Shown: positions 36,601 through 48,600 of the stretch, piece by piece
How positions within the stretch are numbered: the first letter of the stretch is position 1
How the letters are laid out: every line of letters begins with the position of its first letter
Assembly (NCBI GenBank): GCA_905178155.1
Contig: CAJINV010000005.1
Location: 7,045,831 to 7,109,830 of the forward strand
Source of the DNA: Amoebophrya sp. A120
Lineage: Eukaryota > Protista > Dinoflagellata
Reading direction: 5' to 3'
DNA length: 64,000 bases
The notes under the pieces: generated by a model
Told to the model about the DNA's origin: nothing
Seen by the model: only the letters and a program-made list of their open reading frames with translations
Databases searched by the model: none
Translations under genes and position numbers: made by a program

Positions 36601-39600
36601 GGTGGTTCCATGGGCAATGACAACGAGGACAAGGACGGGCAGGACCAGGATAATTACAGTGCAGCAGGACCACAGCACGGGAACAGCGGAGGTGGAGGCT
36701 CCTCCCAGCAAAGGGAACGCTCCTCCACTAGGCGGACTTTCGGCGGAGGGAACAACAACAGTAATCAGAACAGCAGTAACCATCAAAACAGCAACAACCC
36801 AAACAACAACTATTTCACGCTTTCCTTCGACATTACCTTCGAATACGACAATATCCCACGAAAAAACTGTTTCACTGTGATGGTTTTGCAAGATCTGCAT
36901 TACAAGTTTGCTACACATGACACAGAAAACTTGCCATGCGCGCTTCCCAAGGGAAAACACGCTTAAAAATCCATTGTGTTGCAGGTGTAGCAAGACAAAC
37001 ACTTTGGTGTTTTGTTCTCTGCATCACAGGTTCACAGTGAAACAGTTTTTTCGTGGGATAGACAACGATGTCTGCTTTATCGCGTACACGTATCCGTACA
37101 CATATTCTTCCCTCCGCACCCTACTCCGCATATCACAGGAAAAAGTGTTAACGCTAACGCAGTTTGTGATGCAGCAACGCATCACAAAACGCGCCAGAAT
37201 TTGTCATGCATAGCATGCATATTGGGCCACATTTGTGATGCATGACTGCCATCTGGTAAAACCGTTAACGTATAGCGCTTTTTCTTGTGATGGCGCACGA
37301 TCCAAACCGACGAGCAGTACGCGGAGAAAGCGAAATTGATGCGGAGACGACCGTATCCTGTGCAAAAGTATCGTACATGTGGTAGTAATTGCGTTTATGC
37401 ATTGCAAATCTCCATCCCAAGGTAGAACAGCATGACAAACTCAATTTGTCATGCTGAGCTAATTTGTATTGCAATTGCTACTACTACGATACTTTCGCAG
37501 TTCATAGACCGCTCTGTCAAACGCTCGGCCGGGCGGAAGTGGATTTGTTGTCCATCAGTAATTGGACCGTGCCAATTATCCAAGGAAAAAAGTGTGTAAG
37601 TTTATTACTTTTTTGCAGGAACAGCATCACAGATTTGTTTTGCATGACAGAGAAAACCTGTTATGCGTAGCGAGTAAGCCTCTGATGCATATCCAGCATG
37701 ACAAGTGTCATTGTATTGCAGCATCTGAAAGACAAAGTTACACTTACACAGTTTTTTTCTTGCATACCAAGGGAGGACAAACGGTACGTCGTCATTTCCT
37801 CTCGCGTCCACCCGGGTGAAGCGAACGCGTCGTGTATCCTGTGTAAGAACGTCCACACTGCATAGTTGTGATGCAAATCCGCCATGACAGAAGATTTGTG
37901 ATGCCCATCTCCATGACAGGTATTTCCAATCGTCTTTTGACATTTGTAATGCTGTGAACAGGATGAGAAAGCGGCTTTCTCATGCGGCTTCCCTTGCTAC
38001 TCAGCACTACACTGCAGGTGAAAATTTGTTATGCGCAACTACTCCTAAAACTTAGAGATTTGTGTTGCAGATTTACCAACTTGACTATGAAGTCGGGACG
38101 TTTTTTGTCAGGATATCGCGGTTGATGCACGGGTTTCTCAACTTCATCCTGTCCAACACCCCAGAAGCGCAGGTGCTGCGGTCGCACTTCATCTTCAAAA
38201 TTGTGCCGATGCTGAACTTATGCATTGCAAAAGCATCGTACTAGACCTAGTGAAAATCGCATGACAAATGTCCTCCGCATGAAGAATGGAATTTGTCATG
38301 CTGATTGACCTTGCGGATCAGATTTGTAATGCATGACTGCAATTAGTTTTAGTACGAGTGCGATACAACTTTTGCAATGCATAGAACCCCGATGGGGTGA
38401 TATCTGGGAACTACCGGTGCAGTCTCGCGGGTGTGGATTTGAACCGGCAGTGGCGGTTCCCGGACCCGGTTTTGGTATGAAAGCGCACAACTGCCCCTGC
38501 CCTTCATTTGTCATGCAAAATTCCAAAGCCACCCTTTGTCTGTTAGCACTGTTTGCACGACAGATTCCGGAATCCAAAACAGAATTACTAGAATCCGCTA
38601 GAAGGAATTAATTTGTCGTGCGAAAGTAAGCGGCATCCTTGCCAGCGCTTGTGTAATACTGTTCATGCAACACAAATGAGGCGGGGGAGGGGGAGTTGTG
38701 CATTCTCATACGTGGATCAATCTGTCTACGAGTTGAAGCGAATCCTGCAGAAGTTGAAAAAGCAGCTGGTCCTGTACTTGGACTTGCACGGGCACAGCAG
38801 GCAGACGAATTTGTTTGCGTACGGGTGCTCCACCTACCCCTCGACGGATCACCGGTTCTACACGGTTCGGATGTATCCGAAAATTTTGTCGGTCCTAGCG
38901 CCGGAATTCTCGTACCAAAACTGTTGCTTTGGCCACGGCGGGAACCAGAAGCGGGGCACAGGCCGAGTGGTAGTAGCGCGAGACATTGGGCTAGTGGAGG
39001 CGTTTACCATAGAAGCGTCGTTTTTCGGGGCAATCAGCACGGTCGGGGAGGAGGAAGTAGCGGCCGCAAATAGCGGTGCTGGTGGAAAGAATGGTGCTGG
39101 GAACAAGGCGATGGCGTCGAGCTCGGATGGTACAGGTTGAAAACGTTTCCGTTTGTTTTTTTTTTTTCGTAGCTGCCATTCAGTGACGTGCATGACTGGT
39201 TCCACCCGCTACAACGCATGAAGAAATAGCACGGATGAAGAAAATTTTTGATTGCAAACTGTCCAAGATGAACAAGGCAGCTCAAGGCGTCATGAACTAA
39301 AATCTAACAGACGAAGCCACCGCGGCTAAAAATCAAGAAAACGACGACGGGGGGTCGGACGGCGGGAAAGGTTCTGACGCGGAAGACGAAGACGAGGATC
39401 AGATTCTGGATGAAAAGCAGCAAAAGGAGCAGAAAAAGAAAAAAATGCTGATCCAGCAGAAGATTATCCCATTCACACCCCACAAACTCTCCACTCTCGG
39501 CGCAACCTTGGCAAGGGGGTTGCTGATCCACTTCCACCTAGCGAGGGAAGTGAACAACTACCAATTAAACAAGTCCACTTTCCGCTCGAGCATCGGGGGT

Positions 39601-42600
39601 GCCGCGGGGAACAATAACCAGAAAAAAGACAACGCGGAAAAGAACTCACCCTCGAAAAAGAAAAAGTCGATTCAGAACGGCGCGCCTTCTGGGTCCCCTT
39701 CGGATGATGTGACAGAGGTGGAAGTGGAGGAGGGGATGGCGGGGGGTAAAGGCGGCGGTTCGCCGAGTAAGGAAAAGAAAAAGAAGAAATCGTCGAGTCC
39801 GAAGAAGAGTGCGAGTAGTGCGGGGCTGAAGGTAGAGTGATGGATGTTTGTTTTGGTCTTTCGGACGTCATTATGCTTGTGCGCTAGCATTCCCGTGCTG
39901 GAAATTTTGCATGAGAAAGAACTTTTCCAAGTTCTGTCGTCTTGTCATGTAAATAAATCTTTCCCGCCCTTTACACTCTCACTCTTCACACATTAGGCTG
40001 CCGCCTCCGCTGGTGACCTGAACATGAATTACTCCCCATCCAAATCCGGCTCGCCTTCGAAAACTAAATCCTCGCCAAGCAAGAAGAAAACAAAAGCGAA
40101 AAAGAAGAAGAAAAAATCCTCCTCCACAACAAATTTGAACGGCGACAACGAGGATGCCGAAGGGGAGGAGGAGGACGTCGACGGAGGAAACGAGAACGGC
40201 GAGCAGTCCGGTGAGGAAGAGAACGAAAATGAACCGGATAACGACCCCGCGAACCCCGAAGAGGAACAAGAAGCGGATGTTGAGGAAAATGATGAAGATC
40301 TTCTATCCCCTAAGAAGCCAAAAGTACCAAACCCGGACGATCTCGACGATCCCGACACGGCTGAACCAGACGAGGACGATCTCGATGAAGTTTTTCTATT
40401 GGAAGAGGACAACTGCATAGAAAATGAAAACCTGTCCGACGAACAGAAGAAAAAAATCCATGGCATAACTTCCGGGGAAGGAACCAGCTCCAGTGAAACG
40501 GAGTGCTTTACCAATTCCGATCAGGACCAAAACAAGGCTGCAAAAAGTATAACGGGTAGTACTACGACGAGTCCGTCGAAAGAGAAGGAGCAAGGGTCTA
40601 CTAGTTCCACAGTCGCTGGTACTTCTAGCCCATCAAAGGAAAAGTCCGTGACATTAATGCCAACAAGTCCGAAGCGGAATAAGGAAAGCAGCGCCAAAAA
40701 CCACTCAGAACATCAAGCAAACATGGCCCTGCTGCACGCGAATCGAAATATTATTCCGAGCGACGGGTTGGAAAACGAAGTATCCACTGCAAATATGTCT
40801 CGGTCTAAGGAAACTTGTAATGCTAGTTTGTGAATCATGGGCGTGCAACTCGCTTGCGTAGCCACGCGTGACAAGTTTCTGGACACCTTTATGCTTCGCT
40901 TTCCGCATGGCAAGCTGCACTTTCGCATGACAGGCAAACGGCTTTATTTTTCGTCCTGCCCACGCATTACAGATTCAGCTGTCATGTGAGACAAGCATGA
41001 CAAACTTGCACTCTTCCAGACTCAGACATATTTGCAACCCATACGAAGCCATCCCGGACGACATCCGGCTTTTCGACTTTATTCCCTGAAAATTAACCAT
41101 CCCCATCCAATTTGTCATGCAAAACATGTAGCAAAGTGTGTGTTTGTCATGCAAAAACTGGACGGGGATGGTTAATTTTCAGGGAATAGACTTCTTAACC
41201 ATAGAGCGCGAACAGCAGTGGCTCGCGCAGCAGCGGGGGGAAACGATCGCGAACACGAAGGCGTTATGGATTGCAAGTATGTCTAGGTCTGGAAAGTTGT
41301 GATGCTAGTTTGCGAATCAGAAACAATCCCCAATTTGGGGAAGCACATGACAAGTTTCTGAGCAGCTAGGTCTTGCGTAAACTGCATGAGAAAGTCCGTT
41401 TTTGCATTACAAAAAAATGACGCGGTAGCGCAATATGCATGACAGATCTTTCTCTCCTGTCAGCAGAGCATTACAGATCTGGCAATCTCCCAGACCCAGA
41501 CATTTTTGCATTTGATAGGCGTTTATGACGGCGAAGGGACTGAGTAGCTCTTTGGCGCTGGGCTTGTTCCCGACGAAAAAATCGCTGTTATTGGCAAGTA
41601 GCAGTAAAACCTTGGAGAACTCGGCGGAAAATGCAAACGAAAAAGAGCCAACCGAGAATGCAGATAACGGAACCAAACCAGCCACTACTACAGCAGTAGC
41701 AGATAGTTCATCCAAACCGCCTAAACCACTGCTATCCCGCTCCTCCACTTTAGAAACCACGGCTTCCGGCACAACAAATTCTGACCCACTGCAGGCGTTA
41801 TGAACTGCAAAAGTATCGCACTCGTATAAATGCATGACAAATTCCCTCAGCATGAGAAACGAAATGCGTAATGCGGATTTACCTTGAGAAAGAAATTTGT
41901 AATGCATGACTGCAACACGAGTTTGATTCTTTTGCACAGGATAGGCTTCATCCTCCAGCAAAACGTCCGAAGATAAGGACACGACGGCCCAAGATACCCT
42001 GTGTAAAAACGTCCCCACCCCATAGTTGTCATGCAGACTTGTGATTACAGGAAACTTTGTACTGCGCATCTCCATGAGAGGCAGTTCAGTCGCGTTTTGG
42101 AATTTGTAATGCTGTAAACAGGATAAAGAGATGGGTTTGTGATGCGGTTACTCGTGCTAACATGCACTACACTACGGACTGCAACTTTTCATGCGTGGCT
42201 CCCAAAACTCTTTGATTTGCGTTGCTAAGTTCCCATCTTGACTCGGGTGGGGACGTTTTTACATGGGATACAAGAAGTGGACAAGAACAACAAGAATCTG
42301 ATGCAAAACATCTCCGTGGAGCAATTAATGAAAGAGATTCAGGTCGAGTCGCAACAGCAAGCGGAGGCGAAGAAGCAGAAAAAGCGGGAAAAAGATTTGC
42401 CCCCAGACCCAAGTGACGAGTTAGACGAGGGAAGTGATTCGAACCCCTCGGGGGATAACTTATCTCCCGAAAAATTAAGGAAAATGCGGGAGAAGATGGG
42501 CTCGCGCGGGGAGGGACGGAGCAACAGCAGCTCGCCCAACAAAATTAAACGGACATCAACTGGCAATCGAGGGAACGGTAGTAGCAGCTTCAACCGCGGC

Positions 42601-45600
42601 GGGCATTTTCACGGGATCATGCGGCACTATCTGCAGGTCTATCCCACGAAAAAAGAAAAACTGTTTCACTGTGATGATTTTGCAATATCTGCATCACAAG
42701 TTTGTTACACATGACACAGAAAATTTGCCATGCGCGCTTCCCAAGGGAAGACACGCTGAAAAATCCAATGTCTTGCAGGTGTAGCAAGACAAATCGTTCT
42801 GTGCTCCATTCTTTGCATCACAAGTTCACAGTGAAACAGTTTTTTCTTGCGATAAGGTCCGGAATTTGTTCAATGCGAAGGAAGATTTGGCCTTGAGACA
42901 GCAGAAAATGTCTTTACTAAACCGCATCGTCGCGTTATCCTGAGTAAAAATGTCCCTACCCCAGAGGTGTCATGCAGATTTGCGATGACAGGAAGACTTG
43001 TAATGCGCATCTCCATGAGCATGAGAGGCATTACCAGTCGCGTTTGAAAATTTGTAATGTTGCAAACAGGATAAGAAGATGGATTTGTGATGCGGTTTTC
43101 CGTGCTAACAATGCACTACACTACGGACTGCAACTTGTCATCCGTGGCTCCCAAAACTTCTGGATTTGTGTTGCTACGTCCCCAACTTGCCTCTGGTGTG
43201 GGGACGTTTTTACTCAGGATACGCGTTCGGCCGAACCACCTACATCGCGAAGAACAGCGGGGGGGCAGCACCGGTATGGATTGTAAAAATGTCTGGGTCT
43301 GGAAGGTAGGTTGGAACTTGTCATGCTAGCTTTCCATACCTATAAAATCTGTATTGCATAACCAACAAAAGGCGCAGCCTCTTTTGTCATGCAAAAACGC
43401 AGTTTCTCATGCGGATTGCCTATGAGAAAGCGTTTTGGGAAGTTGGCATGCCGGACTGCATTCGGCAGTGTTTTCATCGTGCACATTTTAGCATCACAAG
43501 TTTCCAGACCCAGACATTTTTGCACTTGATAACCGGGTGGAACAAACAACTCCCCGCTGACTGGCGTGCTCGGGACTTCTATGGATTGCAAAAGTGTCTG
43601 GGTCTGAAAGGTTGGAACTTGTGATGCTAACTTTGGACTCTAAAAAATTCTGTATTGCATGACCAGCAAGAGGAGTCCGATTTGTGCTACGCGTGGAGGG
43701 CATTTGTCATACGGAATAGGCATCAGGAAGTCCTCTAAAAATCTGTGATGCTAGGGCTTCCATGACGGACATTCTGTGTCATGCAAAAACAGCATAACAA
43801 ATTTCGGATTCTACTTCCAGACCCAGACATCTTTGCATTTCATAGCTTCTGTGTCCATGCCGTCTTTGTTGAGTCAAACGGGGGGTCCGTTTGGCGGAGC
43901 AGGAGGTTCCACGCACGGCGTCGAGGAGCTTGTGGATTTTATGCATTGCAAATATGTCTGGGTCGTCTGGAAGATTGTGAGATTTCTCATGCTAGTTTGG
44001 CATGACTCTGAACTCTGTATTGCGTGGCCACGAAGACCTTCTCTTGTCTGTCATGCAAAAACGATGTTTCTCATGCGGAATACGCAACACAGAGCCACGG
44101 GAAAATCTGTCATGCTTGGCGGTGCATTAGCACGTGCGCTTCCTGTTCACTGACATGCATCACAAGTTTCCAGACCCAGACATAATTTTTGCACTTGATA
44201 GGTTTATTCAACGAACATAACATCACGGCGGATGACCTTGCGCAGGCGGGGCGGGTGAACGGCGGCAGCAACAGTCCACTCTTACAATCCAAAATTAACA
44301 GCCTGATTCAATTATGCAATGCAAAAGCATCGTATTCTAGTGTGAATTGCATTACAAATAGTTTCCTCAGCATGACACACGCAGTTTGTAATGCTGTTTT
44401 ACCTTAAGAGGAAGATTTGTCATGCTTATTTGCAATTAGTACGAGTGCGATGCTTTTGCATAGGATATCAATCCCACGAGCACCAGTCGTTGGCTGCTAC
44501 CGCGGGGGACTTTTTCCGAAGGGACAATATTCTGGGTTAAAACGTCGCCACCCCAGAGTTGTCATGCAGATTTGCATCCAGAGAAACATTTGTGATGCGG
44601 GACTCCATGAGAGGCATTTCTAGTTGTGTTCTGGAATTTGTAATGCTGGAAACGGGATGAGCAGATGGATTTGTCGTGATGCGGCTGTCTTTCTTGCGGA
44701 CCGGCACTACACTACGCACTGCATCTTGTCATGCGTGGCTCCCAGAACTTCTAGATTTGTGTTGCTAAGTTCCCACCTTGACTTCTGGGGCGGGTACGTT
44801 TTTAAACAGGATAGACAACGGTACGGATTTATCCAATGCGTTGGCCGGCGCAGCTGTGGTGGCAGAAGGAGCTGGTGTTGGTCTGAACAACAATAATCCC
44901 GGCACGACGGCGGCAGGAGGTCTTGCGAACGCTAGTAACTCCTCCCCGATAATCGTCCAGCCTGCAGCGGAGACTGGTTCGAGGTGGAATTTTATGAACT
45001 GCAAAAGTATCGCACTCGTATAAATGCATTACAAATTTCCTCAGCGTGAGAAATAAAATTTGTAGTGCGGATCGACCTTAGAAAGAAGATTTGTAATGCA
45101 TGACTGCAATACGAGTGCGATGCTTTTGCACACGATAAATTTGCCCCAGATGGGAGGTGGAGCTAACGGAACGAGCAGAAGATCATCCTCCGGCGCGATC
45201 AAAACCTCGAGCAATTACGGCCAGAGTTATCAAATGCAAATATTCTGGGTCTGGAAACTTGTAATGCTGGGTTGGGAATAGCGATAGTGAATGCCCTGTA
45301 ATGCACAGCCAAGCATGAGAAATATCTGCGCTGCTTAGTGTTGCGCTTTTCGCATGATATGCACGACAAGCAAAGGAGTGTCTCTTCTTGGACACGCATC
45401 GCAAATCCTTCAGTCATGCCAGACAAGCATGACAAACCTTGCATCCTTCCAGACCCAGACACATTTGCAAAGCATAAGAGCCCGAAAAAAACGAAGAAAA
45501 GGAAAAAATGGGTCTCGCCGGTGATTGAAACCGCGATGAAGTTTTTGCACAACACGACAGGGGATGGTGGGGATGCTGACGGGCTGAATGTTGGCGATAA

Positions 45601-48600
45601 TAACAGGGATCCTCATGACAAGGCAGGAGCAACTGGGACAAACAACAAAGATAGGGATAGCCAGAACAATGGGTCGTTACTTGTGAGCAAAATGAATGCC
45701 GCCCCCGGTGGTAGTTCTACTACGAATAACACATCAGCAGCAGCAGAGGTCGCACCTCTGGGGCAGAAAAAGGAAGATCTGCTTGAAGCACTTCTGGAAC
45801 AGGCCAACCGCGGGCCGGGAATGCCGGTGAATCTGAATGCAACTGGGGCACCACCGGCAGCAACTTCATCAAATAACGCAGGGGCGCCGGGGGCCACTAC
45901 AACCACTTCTTCGAGCAAATCAGCTGCTGCGTCGAACGCGCTCGCGGTAGCCAACGGCATTGTGGAACAGCTGGACGGGTTGCTGAGTGTGTTTAGTCTG
46001 AAGGAAAATAACCAGAACATCAGGGGAACAACTACGTCTGCTGACGACAACAACATCAATACAACAACTTCAGCGACCACTGCTGCAGAAGACGAGCAAA
46101 GTGCAGCAGTAGAAGTAGCCAAGAAATCGCCAGACACGACGACCTCCGCAACATCCGCCTCTGCAGGAGCGTCAACCTACGAAAACTACCTGAAACAGGC
46201 CCCGACGACTGTCCAAATTGTCAATGTAGAGTTCCCATTTGCGCAGCAAGCACCGGCGGTCAATGTCGCGGCCGCGACGGGGGGGAGTAGCATTGCAGTG
46301 TCGAATTTTAATAGCGGTAATCATGTGCCAACAGCTAGTCTTCACACGACAACTTCGAAAGTAAGATCCTCGTCCAAAAGCACATCGCCCGAAGACAACA
46401 CTGTTACAACATCAAGAAAAACAAGCAAGAACAAGCAATCCGTCGACCAGGCAATCGACATGGCGAACAAGATCGCGAGGGATTTGTTGCTAGAGACGAA
46501 TACGTATCAAATGCAAATATGTTTGTGTCCTCCGGAAATTTGTGATGCTAAAATGCGACTTTGAAAAGGCCTTTGGAATTTATTCCCATACATAAATACA
46601 CATTTACAAGCGCTTAAGTAGCAATACTAAGTTTTCCGATTTAGCTTTTCCTTCAAGTTTACGTTACGAGGTAGCTTAGCATATACTGGTTTTAGTAGGC
46701 CTCTGAACAGCAAAGGGACGAACTGCCCGTAGACCTCCGATGTGATGCTAAAATGCGACTGGTGGGCGCACTGCAATACGCAGTGAAGCATGGCAAATTT
46801 TTGAGCTGCTCTTGTGTTTCGTTTTCCGCATGACAAACTGCGTTTCTGCATGACAGACAAGAGGCCTTTTTCTTGCTCCTGCATTACAGATTTATCAGTC
46901 ATGCCAGACAAGCATGACAAACTTGCATTCTTCCAGAAGACCCCGACATATTTGCACTTGATAATACGAGCAGCAACTCAGCGAACAACTCCGTCGCGGA
47001 ACAACAGCAGTCCTCGGTGTCTTTATCTCTTTCCGGTGTCGTGGAGCAGGTGATCTGTGAACAGGAAACATCGGGCGCAATTAGCGGCACTACAGGTGGT
47101 AGTTCGAACGCCAGCTCGAAACGAGTTACGCCGCAGAATGCCGCTGGACCGCAAAACCTCTCCACGTCTGGCACAACCACGGTCGTGTCTAGTACCGGTG
47201 GGCTGCAGCAACATGCAACAACAGTAAACGGAACCAAACCTCCCGCCAGTAGATCCCTCAGTCTGACGTCTCTCGTCTCTGGCGCTGGCGGTCCGCCCGG
47301 AGGTCCTAGTACTAGCTCGTCGAACAGTAACTCTCAGCACGAGCAGCAGCAATTAGAAGCTTCAACCCACCACCAGTCTTGGTATGCGAAGTCTTCCGCG
47401 CCACTAATCGAGCAGCGGGAAAGGGCGGCGCAAATGCAAGCCAATTTGAATCACCACCAACGAGAGGCTTTAGGAGGTAGCACAGGAACAGGTGGATACT
47501 ACACGCAAAGTTCCAGCGCTTTGACCAATTTGACGAGTAGCAAGATAGTACACAGTGCTAGTACTTCCTTGAACGATCTTCATCATAGTAGTATGTAGTG
47601 AGGTCACCGAACGGTTCTAACCGGGGAGTTTTTTTGCCAGCCAGACAGCAAAACGGCCGTCAGTTTTCAAGCGGGCGGAAGTGTTTTTTGACATAAAAAG
47701 TTTTTAATTATCAAGCGGCTCTGGCTGTGTCGGCACCGAATCGCCAGCGGATTCTATCGATCGCCGCTGGGTAAAACGACGCAGGGGAGCCGGCAAAAGG
47801 GGCGCCCTTCTGAGGCGCCCACCGCCTTGGTTTCTGGCGGTTTGGGGCGCCCAAAAAGCAGCGCGAAAAAAACGCGCCCAAAATCAAAACGGCCGCGATT
47901 TCGGATCAGAAACAGCATGGCACGGCCGCGATTTCGGAGCATTTTGGGCGGCCGCGAAAGCGGCAGCCTTTTCGCCGGTTTCAGAGCCTGGGAAGCTTTA
48001 CAAAAAGCGCCGGCGTGAAAAATAGAAACGCGAAAAAGAAAAAGCGCCCCAGACGCGCAAAGCCAATCCGCATGCTATGGGCCCGATTTTTCTTCGCTTT
48101 TTGGGCGCCCCCCGTGGCGCCCGGATCGGCTCCATAGCATGGGGGCTGGCTTTCGGGAAGGAATTTCGGAGATTTGCCAAAATTTGCGACGTTTATGGAG
48201 CGGCCGCCATACCGTGCTGCCTAACGTTACTCACGGCGGTATGGCGGCCCCAGAAACAGCAAAGCCGCGGCCAAGGCGACGCCCGGCAAGAAAACGCCCA
48301 CGACCTCACTACCTCCGCCCCGGCGGCTATATTTGGCACTCACACGACGTTTATCAAATGTAAAAATGTCTGGGTCTGGATGTCATGCAGATTTTACATG
48401 ACACATGACGTCTGTAATGCAGAACCTGGCATCACAGATTTTTACTGGGCTTTCTGATGTCTATCCCGCATGAGAAATACCCTCTCCATGTATCACAGAC
48501 TGGAGTCCTCTTGGTGGTCATGCAATACAGATTTTTGTATCGTGCAGAGACAGCATCAGAAGTTGCAATCTTCCAGACCCAGACGTTTTTACAGTTGATA

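Noticed and set aside
40781-46963. CRISPR-like array (repeats alternating with short unique spacers)
   Set aside because: The repeats are 109-459 bp TIR elements of several families and the spacers are in-frame exons; no cas genes.
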